From assembly GCA_034669905.1 (NCBI GenBank), contig JAXMOL010000024.1:42884-106883 (forward strand): a DNA stretch of 64,000 bases, given 5' to 3'. Below are positions 51,486 to 59,080 of the stretch, piece after piece. Made by a program: the position numbers and the translations under genes. The number at the start of each line of letters is the position of its first letter. Positions within the stretch are counted from its first letter, which is position 1. The DNA is from Candidatus Hydrogenedentota bacterium (GTDB lineage: Bacteria; Hydrogenedentota; Hydrogenedentia; Hydrogenedentales; JAEUWI01). The notes under the pieces were generated by a model. That model was not told where the DNA came from and searched no databases. It saw nothing but the letters and a program-made list of their open reading frames with translations.

Positions 51486-51578
51486 AATCCTTCCGTTTGC
51501 CGGGTGTTTAAAAGCGCGTGCAGTGTAGCACGTTCCCCAGGAGCTTGGACACTCCTGATGGCAGCCTCGTCTTAGCGC

Positions 51579-53729
51579 TTACTCCACGATAAACCCGTGG
51601 GCCAGTCCCATGTAATAGGCAATCAGATAGGGCACGGGGTCGCGCAGGCGTAATTCGTTGCCCTTGTGATCGAGGTGCCAGGGATCTTCGCCCCAGATTA
51701 GTGCGTGTTGCTCATCAATCGGAAAGACCAGTCCGTCGTGGCCGTGACCTTCGCCTTCGTGCTGCCCCGAGAAAGCCCCCTGGGTGTGGTCGCCGAGGGG
51801 AATCACGTCGATGCGGTGGGCGTTGGACAGGCCATAGTCCACCAGGTCCAACGGAAATCGCTTGAGGGTGTCCACGCCGTAGGCCATGTATTCCCTGGGC
51901 GGCGAAAGGTCGATGGTCCGCCACTGATCCGTCCGGCTCTTTCCGTCGACGCAGGCCGCATAGATAAAATTGAAGTAGGGATTCCGCTCGTATTTTTCGA
52001 TGTGCCAATACCAGTAGATGGAGTTGTAATACATACTGAGTAACTTGGGGTCGGTCTCATAGCGGATGAGGTGGTAGTAATTCATGTAGGCCATGTTGTC
52101 GTCGCCCTGGCCGAGGGACCCCGGTCCAAATTGAATCTTGGGCGTGGTCACGGTCTTCATGGCATAGCCCTCATCCCACGCCAGCTTAAGATAGTGCTGC
52201 CGATACTTCGCGTCACCCGTCACGTGATGGGCCACCTGAAGATAGGTCAAAATACTCTGGGCATTCAGGCCGCTCTCAAACCACCACTGCCCATCACGGT
52301 TCAGCGAATCGGGCGCAAAGTGGCCCCACCGCGTGGGCTGGCCATCGTAGTCCACCATATAATAGCCGTTGTCGATGAGATGGTCGGTCACCCGGCGCAC
52401 CACCGCCCGCACCCGGTCCCGCTCCGCCTCCGTCTCACAGACCCGGTCGAAATAGGTGCCATAGCCAAAGTAGTGACCATCCAATTCGTCAGAGCTGGAA
52501 TCACAGAGCCAATACCATTCACCCGTGGCGTCGGTGGGCCAACGTCGGTCCATCTGTTTCCACCGGGCATCCCGCTCACGACGCTTTCGGTCGTACGCAT
52601 GGCTATACTGCTCGTTGGGGTTGGGCCCATCCGTGGGGCGCACGCATCGGGCAATGAATCCCTTGGGTGCCGGGTGGCTCCCCCCCTGCGTCACCTCGCT
52701 CAGGAAGGCCAGCGCATCGAAGGCCCGGTGCGCTTTTTCTTTGAGCGCGGGATTGCCCGTGGCGGCGTAGCCCAGGCTGGCCGAGGCCAGGTAGATCCCG
52801 GTGTAGTGCCCGTCATTGTCCGAAGGAGAAGCCGTCGCACTTTCCAGGGCATCCGGACTCGTCATCCGCGCGTTGGTCACGTAGCCGAACTTCGTGCGCC
52901 GGTGGTACTGGTCAATCTGGGCCTCATAGCGGGCCGCCTTCTTCGCCAGGGTCATGGGCTCCCGCGCGATACAGGAAACGCCCTGCTCCGTGGCAAACCA
53001 GGCATGGCCGTCGGACGTGACCGTCACATCCTTCACGTGGTTGTCGAGCAACCAGCGACGCCCCTGACGGAACTCCCAGTTCCCCTCGGTGAAGTGAATC
53101 GCCCCGTTCGTCGTGCCAAACCACACGCCATCGGGCCCCGCCGCCATGGCGGTAAAATCATTGTAGGGGAGGCCCTCTTTCCCCGTGAAGAGGGTCCAGA
53201 CGCCATCAGCGTCCCGACGTCCCACGCCCTGGGGACAGGCAAACCAGAGTTGTCCGTGCCTATCGAAGACCACGGCCCGCACGTCCACAGGCGCCCAACG
53301 CCTGTTCCCTGCGTGCGGTAACGCAAGGGTCCACCGGTCGCCATCACCAAGGTAGAGTCCGCTGGAGGCCGCAACGGCGATTTCACCATTCCGCGTCGCC
53401 ACATCGCGGACCGCCTCTTTCGTTACACCTTCACCCTGAAGGGATTCGTACCACGGGAGCCCTCCGAAGGGACGCTTTTCCGGCGCAAACTCCTGGGCAT
53501 GCCACACCGATTCTTCGACACAAAACACGCCCTCATCGGTGAGGGCAAACACCGCGTCAGATTCATTGTGTACAAGCTTGGAGACCCCGGCTGCAAGCTC
53601 GGGCCCTTCCGGCCGGTAAGCCCGATGAATCTGCTGCTGAAAAGGCGCCACATCAAAGGAGGTGGCCATGGCCAACTGGACACTGACAAGAAAGCAGCAA
53701 AGCAAACAACGAAGCAACGTAACGCCCAT
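51579..53729 (-). CDS. Secreted protein: beta-propeller repeats plus a helical C-terminal domain
   Basis: Signal peptide from ATG at 53729 (AGGAG RBS); repeats LWFA/VWFGT/AWFAT; C-terminal DNDG and SSDELDGHY. Confidence 0.7.
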   Translation of the reverse strand: MGVTLLRCLLCCFLVSVQLAMATSFDVAPFQQQIHRAYRPEGPELAAGVSKLVHNESDAVFALTDEGVFCVEESVWHAQEFAPEKRPFGGLPWYESLQGEGVTKEAVRDVATRNGEIAVAASSGLYLGDGDRWTLALPHAGNRRWAPVDVRAVVFDRHGQLWFACPQGVGRRDADGVWTLFTGKEGLPYNDFTAMAAGPDGVWFGTTNGAIHFTEGNWEFRQGRRWLLDNHVKDVTVTSDGHAWFATEQGVSCIAREPMTLAKKAARYEAQIDQYHRRTKFGYVTNARMTSPDALESATASPSDNDGHYTGIYLASASLGYAATGNPALKEKAHRAFDALAFLSEVTQGGSHPAPKGFIARCVRPTDGPNPNEQYSHAYDRKRRERDARWKQMDRRWPTDATGEWYWLCDSSSDELDGHYFGYGTYFDRVCETEAERDRVRAVVRRVTDHLIDNGYYMVDYDGQPTRWGHFAPDSLNRDGQWWFESGLNAQSILTYLQVAHHVTGDAKYRQHYLKLAWDEGYAMKTVTTPKIQFGPGSLGQGDDNMAYMNYYHLIRYETDPKLLSMYYNSIYWYWHIEKYERNPYFNFIYAACVDGKSRTDQWRTIDLSPPREYMAYGVDTLKRFPLDLVDYGLSNAHRIDVIPLGDHTQGAFSGQHEGEGHGHDGLVFPIDEQHALIWGEDPWHLDHKGNELRLRDPVPYLIAYYMGLAHGFIVE

Positions 53730-54154
53730 TTCAACACTCCTGGTAGAGCCCCATCGAAAGACGCGCTGTTCCCTGCCACCGGTGAAGACGCACGCCGGGA
53801 ACAGCTGACTTACCGCCCGGTACGCTTCCAGAATACGCCCCCACACTATAGGTACATCCCGTCCGTGCGTGCAAGTGGACCGATTCCGGAAGCCTGGGAG
53901 AAGAGTCCTGACACGAGTATGCGTTTGACAGATCCCAGCCTACAGTGCTACCCTACCTGTACACGGCTTGGGGAAGACGTGAACCGACGCCAGGGGCTGC
54001 GCAATGTGCGTATTACATTCGGCGACATTTTGAATTGGCAGCAGGGCGGATTGCGGCAACGGCAATTGGGGTATCCTTCGAAAACTTGGCCTGCGGGACA
54101 GCTCCATCTGTACCCGACCCGTGGCACCTCGAAGGTTACAGTAGGAGTAGTACT

Positions 54155-54454
54155 ATGCGGGCCTCTGGTAACTTCCACAGTGAACGGCAGGATTTTAGAA
54201 TTCTTGTGGCACCGGTCGGTGCAGTGCTTATCGGCTTCGTGCTGTGCTATCCCCTGACCTCCTACCTGGAGCTTCCCCCGGAATCAGCCGCCGCCGGTAT
54301 CATCCCCGAAGAGTCCGGCTGGCATCTGGGTATCGTCCCCCTCTGGCAATATGACCACTACTCCATCGCCAGTTGGCACCCCGCTAACATTATTATTCTG
54401 TTGGGGTTACTGAGCCTCTGGGTGGCCTGCTTCTTCCTCGCCCGCAAGCTCTAA
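54155..54454 (+). CDS. Small two-TM membrane protein
   Basis: AGGAG RBS, ATG at 54155, two hydrophobic segments. Confidence 0.5.
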   Translation: MRASGNFHSERQDFRILVAPVGAVLIGFVLCYPLTSYLELPPESAAAGIIPEESGWHLGIVPLWQYDHYSIASWHPANIIILLGLLSLWVACFFLARKL

Positions 54455-54575
54455 ATAAGCGAAGGTAGACCTCGATCAAATCCAACTCGTCCGTTAGGAC
54501 AGCGCATGCAAGCGCCTGCAAAACGCCAACGGACGTTCGGCTTGGCCACTATTGATTAAAGTAGTCTTTGCCATT

Positions 54576-54664
54576 TGGGAGCGCAGGCGGCCCGCCTGCC
54601 TCGGGCCGAAGGCACGTAGTTTTTACGTCTTCGACGTACTGCAGGCGAGTCGCCTGGGCTCCCA
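54576..54664. repeat. REP-like doublet, same family as 42395-42540
   Basis: TGGGAGCGCAGGCGGCCCGCCTGC ... GCAGGCGAGTCGCCTGGGCTCCCA. Confidence 0.75.
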
Positions 54665-54952
54665 AGCCCCCAATCTTTAAGATGGCAACCGAATAACTTG
54701 AAAAATGTCCGAGATGAATATTCGCCTTTTTAGTCGAAAAACCGCCTGCAGAAGCGTTCCGACGGGGAACGGATATCGCCTCAGCGTGACCCCGAACACA
54801 CCGGACCAGCGATCACCTGAAACAAAAACTCACAACATGGGGTTAACCAGGGACAGTCGGTCACAGAAAACCCAGGGACGAAAAGCAAGGGAGAGACTAC
54901 GCATTTCTACCTTTCACCCCCATCTTTCCCGGGTCGACCCGGCTTCTTCTTC

Positions 54953-55093
54953 GCTCGTTCCCACGCTCTGCGTGGGAATGCAGATCACGACGCTCCGCGT
55001 CGACAGACCGCAAAGGTATAGGCGGACTCCCCAGCCCCTACGGCACTCCCTTGCGTAGCCAACGACATCCCCACGCGGAGCATGGGAACGAGC
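54953..55093. repeat. REP/REPIN-like element, same family as 39666-39829
   Basis: GCTCGTTCCCACGCTCTGCGTGGGAATG ... CATCCCCACGCGGAGCATGGGAACGAGC. Confidence 0.75.
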
Positions 55094-55154
55094 TAAAAGA
55101 GTGCGTCATATAGCTAAGAGTCTACACACCTATAGATATCTACCCCAACTAGTT

Positions 55155-55662
55155 CCCAGTTCCTTGTCCCAACGGCGACCAGTGAACAGGTAGGGATTAC
55201 CGAACGGGGATTCGGACACACCCAGCAGGGCACCCGAGGCTTGCCCTGGGTTCGCCGGAGGCGAATAGAACTCGGGCTGGCCGTAGCCGCCGTAATCATA
55301 GGACTCCACGACGGCACCGGTGTTGTCCGTGAGCTTGACGACGTTGTGTTGGTCGTCGCCGTAGGCCGAAGGTCCGCCGGAGGAGGATAGTAATCGGACG
55401 TACCCCGGCGCATGGTGAGGACTTCGTCGATATAGTTGCCGTGTGCCGAAGGTCCGCCGAAGGAGGATAGCTCGCGGACAGGCTGGCACTCCCGCCGCTG
55501 GAGACGTCCCATTCCTCTGCCACACGGGAACCGTCATGGACATAACGCGTGGCCGTGCCATCGGCATGCCGCTTTTCAATACGGCGACCCAGGGCGTCGT
55601 AGGCGTATTCCGTCGTGAAATGGCCGATGTGGACATCGTCCACATAACAGTCGCCCGTGGTC
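55155..55662 (-). pseudogene. Decayed RHS core fragment (copy 3) with three micro-insertions and no toxin domain
   Basis: High nucleotide similarity to the RHS cores at 57340-57790 and 60420-60870. Frameshifted twice and ends at YLFTGRRWDKELG. Confidence 0.85.
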
Positions 55663-55928
55663 TTCAGAATAGCGAAGGGACTGTCTCGCCCAAAGTGATG
55701 CGGTTCGCATGAACGCGATCACGGACTGCTCGCGTCGAGGATAACGCAACAAATATGCGCATGGGCGTGGCTGTACCGGCAGTACGACACGAATCGGGAA
55801 CCGACAGAAAAAGGATCGCGGACACTCCTGTCTGCGGCAGGAGTAGACGAAGAAAGGGACGACGATTTCCACCGAATGAACGCTATTAGATGGCCTGTTC
55901 CTTGATCTCCGAACCTACCATCAATCTA

Positions 55929-56426
55929 CTACCTCCCTTGCGGGCTCTCGATCTTATTTATCACTTCTTTCACTTCCAACGCCACCGCCAGGAACTCGTC
56001 TTCGGGGATACTATATAAAAAGTTTTCTTTTGGGTAACTTGGCACATACGCATTTACCCACGAGTACTCGTGACGTATTCGCCAGAGATAGTGGAATTGT
56101 CCGTCATCATAAAACAGGTAGAGAGCGAATAGGTCAAACAGTGGAAGCTGGGGCACTTTAAAATTGTAGTATTCGTCTAGCTGCTCTCGCCCTTGAGAAA
56201 AGAACGCGTCTACATCGATATAGAGATCATTGGCCGGTGTAAACTTCTGCCTATCTTTGTGAGCCTGCAACAACGAATCGGCATACATGCTAAGCATATC
56301 CGTGTTGTCAGGCTCCCCAATAAACTGTCCCCCACACCACAACACAAAGCAGTCGAAATACTGCGGTTCCATAGAATCTATGGAACCCAGCTGACATGCA
56401 AATCTATTTTTGTCACCAATTATCAT
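55929..56426 (-). CDS. Cognate immunity protein (Imm42-like by recollection)
   Basis: ATGA overlap with the toxin stop; AT-rich; MIIGDKNRFA...LWCGGQFIG. Confidence 0.65.
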   Translation of the reverse strand: MIIGDKNRFACQLGSIDSMEPQYFDCFVLWCGGQFIGEPDNTDMLSMYADSLLQAHKDRQKFTPANDLYIDVDAFFSQGREQLDEYYNFKVPQLPLFDLFALYLFYDDGQFHYLWRIRHEYSWVNAYVPSYPKENFLYSIPEDEFLAVALEVKEVINKIESPQGR

Positions 56427-57919
56427 CGCGCCAAATTCCGTATCTCCTGCGGAATGTCATCAATAACGATGACCCTTGGAATCCCTCCTTGACCCAGCGG
56501 TGCCCCAGCTGTCGACGTCGAACCGCTCCAGTGGAGCCTCCCGTTCTGGCCGGAGAAGCGGTGAAACACCGCGTGCCTTCCGGTGCCTTCAATGGCCCAA
56601 CGAGTAGTATCACTCAAATATACGCTTTGATGCCAAAGTGCCTCAACGTTTTTCGGGATAATCTGTTTTTGAGGGTTGTAGGGCGTGGTTCTTAATGTGG
56701 GTGACAAATCGGGGTCATGATGTCCCGGATTCTCATAGGTATGCCACCGCTTGCGGGACGGCTTCTGCATAACGATGAGATCCTCCGATGCAGACCAACT
56801 TGGCAGTTCCGCCACTCTTCCAGGGACACCCCCATTAGGCATGGAACGACGAGCATTCTTGGCGGCCTTGTATTGGTCCCAAGCATCATCCAAACTCCCC
56901 GCGACTGCCGCACCGCCAGCTCCCAAGGCCGCCTCAGTAGCTAGTTTCTTGGCAACCTCCTCACCTAAATCCCGATTCTGCTTACCGCCTTCGGACAGCG
57001 TAGCGCTGAGTATCTGGGACGCGTCGGCATTTTCTCCCAATCTATCGTAGTCCACGGGGATGCCAACCTGACTACCCCGCGACTTGGCGCGCTCGATATT
57101 ACCGGAGTGGCTGTCATCAAGCCACCTCCGGAAACCATCCCAGAGCCTTCCAAAGAATCCACGCTTAACATTCCCACCACAAAGCCCAAATGGGTCCACC
57201 ATACTCCACGGATTACTCGCGGCGTAGGTGTAGCCGTTGCCCAAGTTGGCGGCATCGCCCCAGAGGCCGATGGGGTCACGGCTTACGAATCGGCCGAGGG
57301 CTGGGTCCAGGTAGCGGTTGCGGAAGTAATAGTAGCCCAGTTCCTCGTCCCAGCGGCGACCGGTGAAGAGGTAGGGATTGCCGAATGGGGATTCGGAGAC
57401 ATCTAGTAGGGCACCGGAGGGATCGTAGAATTCGAGCTGGCCGTAGTCGCCGTAATCATAGGACTCGACGACGGTGCCCGTGTTGTCCGTGAGCTTGACG
57501 ACGTTGTGTTGGTCGTCACCGTGGTAGTAGTAATCCGACGTCCCCCGCCGCATGGTGAGGACTTCGTCGATGTAGTTGCCGTAAACATAGCTCGCGGACA
57601 GGCTGGCGCTCCCGCCGCCGGAGACGTCCCATTCCTCCGCCACGCGGGAACCGTCATAGACATAGCGCGTGGCCGTGCCGTCGGCATGCCGTTTTTCGAT
57701 GCGGCGACCCAGGGCGTCGTAGGCGTATTCCGTGTCGAATTGGCCGATGTTAACGTCGTCCACATAGCAGTCGCTCGTGGTCTCCAGGATGAAGCGGTCC
57801 GTATCCTGCAGGGGCGCGCTGTCCGTTTCGAGGACAGTCACCAACGGCTGACCCAGCTGGGCCCGACGGACCACCGCCTGGGAACCGAATGCGGCGGTAG
57901 TATCCACACAAGAGGCCAA
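56423..57919 (-). CDS. Orphan RHS core plus C-terminal toxin of unassigned family
   Basis: YAYDALGRR, FTGRRWDEE, RFVSRDPIG and PWSMVDPFG cleavage motif; variable C-terminal domain with ENPGHHDP...HRF...HWSGST. Confidence 0.8.
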   Translation of the reverse strand: MASCVDTTAAFGSQAVVRRAQLGQPLVTVLETDSAPLQDTDRFILETTSDCYVDDVNIGQFDTEYAYDALGRRIEKRHADGTATRYVYDGSRVAEEWDVSGGGSASLSASYVYGNYIDEVLTMRRGTSDYYYHGDDQHNVVKLTDNTGTVVESYDYGDYGQLEFYDPSGALLDVSESPFGNPYLFTGRRWDEELGYYYFRNRYLDPALGRFVSRDPIGLWGDAANLGNGYTYAASNPWSMVDPFGLCGGNVKRGFFGRLWDGFRRWLDDSHSGNIERAKSRGSQVGIPVDYDRLGENADASQILSATLSEGGKQNRDLGEEVAKKLATEAALGAGGAAVAGSLDDAWDQYKAAKNARRSMPNGGVPGRVAELPSWSASEDLIVMQKPSRKRWHTYENPGHHDPDLSPTLRTTPYNPQKQIIPKNVEALWHQSVYLSDTTRWAIEGTGRHAVFHRFSGQNGRLHWSGSTSTAGAPLGQGGIPRVIVIDDIPQEIRNLAR

Positions 57920-57946
57920 TGTTTCACTTGGTTATTGAAGCTTCTT

Positions 57947-58474
57947 TCACCCGTGTGGAGGTTCGATGCACAAATTCTCGTACGGAAAACCGAGCGGCGG
58001 CTTTCCTGCCCAAAAGGTCGTTTCGCCTTTAGACTCCAAAACACCGAAAATCGCTTCAGTAAAAGAGTAGGATACTATTATCTCATCACTAGTCCCATAA
58101 ATACTTAAATACCCATCATAACATTTTCCAAGTCGCTCTGGATGCAGATCAATTACAATATTCTCTTCTGGTCCACTAGATGGGCACAACAAGTACCAGT
58201 GCGCAGATATATCATTGTCGAGAATATCCTTCGCCTCTTCATAGTTAAACGAAGTTAGAATGGGATTCGCAGGCAGCAATTCCGTTGGCGGCACGACTCT
58301 AAACCCAAAATCGCGTGACATGTACAAGTTTGCCCCCCCACACAGCGCATAAAAGCGACGCAAATCTTCCGGCAGCATGTCGACAGGATTTTTGAGCTCC
58401 GGCTGCCCTATTGGCGGGAACACCTCGCAGTCAGGGTCCTCCCCTATTTGCTTAACCAGTATATCAATATCCAT
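57947..58474 (-). CDS. SMI1/KNR4 (SUKH) immunity protein, orphan
   Basis: LPEDLRRFYALCGG, IVIDLHPERLGKCYD and SFTE; no cognate toxin immediately upstream. Confidence 0.75.
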   Translation of the reverse strand: MDIDILVKQIGEDPDCEVFPPIGQPELKNPVDMLPEDLRRFYALCGGANLYMSRDFGFRVVPPTELLPANPILTSFNYEEAKDILDNDISAHWYLLCPSSGPEENIVIDLHPERLGKCYDGYLSIYGTSDEIIVSYSFTEAIFGVLESKGETTFWAGKPPLGFPYENLCIEPPHG

Positions 58475-58523
58475 TCTTGCCTCTTTTCAAAAACTGTGAT
58501 TTAAGGCGAACAAGGCATACTTT

Positions 58524-58647
58524 CTACGGAGCAGTGTCGCATACGCATCGATCAGATACACTGCGCTCCTCAGTATCATATAGTCTAAAATACTCCTCTG
58601 CAGATTCAATCATGTCGCAACCTCTGAATCATGGGCATTTAATGATT
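58524..58647 (-). pseudogene. Diverged duplicate of the toxin-stop/immunity-start junction
   Basis: About 120 bp similar to 58983-59100. Encodes IIKCP* then MIESAEEYFRLYDTEERSVSDRCVCDTAP*. Confidence 0.8.
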
Positions 58648-58651
58648 CACA

Positions 58652-59065
58652 CTATTTACTCCCAAGCTCTTCTAGCACTTCTCTCGCGATCTCCGAAACT
58701 TCCTCGGAATCGTCGTTTGCCAACCGTTCCACTATGTGGATGGGAACTTTCCGATTTGCGACAATCGCTCTTCGCACTTGCACATCAACATCCTTTGAGA
58801 GCTTTTCAAACAACGGTAACGATAGCTTCCTCTTCCTGGCTACGTCTGCACGAACATCGCAATCCTCATCGTTGGCCAGATACGCCAGAACCTCCAACGG
58901 AATGGTCTTATTCTGTATGACCCAACTCTTCCTCTCGGGCGCTGGCGACCTTCGAATGACCTCAAACCACACTTCCAACGGGGCAGTGTCGTATACGCAT
59001 CGATCAGATACGCTGCGCTCCTCAGTATCATATAGTCTAAAGTACTCCTCCGCAGATTCAATCAT
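58652..59065 (-). CDS. HEAT/LRV-repeat-like immunity protein
   Basis: Directly downstream of the toxin; repeats LANDEDCDVR, LSKDVDVQVR and LANDDSEEV. Confidence 0.75.
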   Translation of the reverse strand: MIESAEEYFRLYDTEERSVSDRCVYDTAPLEVWFEVIRRSPAPERKSWVIQNKTIPLEVLAYLANDEDCDVRADVARKRKLSLPLFEKLSKDVDVQVRRAIVANRKVPIHIVERLANDDSEEVSEIAREVLEELGSK

Positions 59066-59080
59066 ATCGCAACCTGTGAA

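Noticed and set aside
53960..54150. Riboswitch in the long leaders (here and at 3850-4070)
   Set aside because: Only fragmentary resemblance to c-di-GMP motifs; no consistent stems could be built. An Infernal/Rfam scan would be needed.
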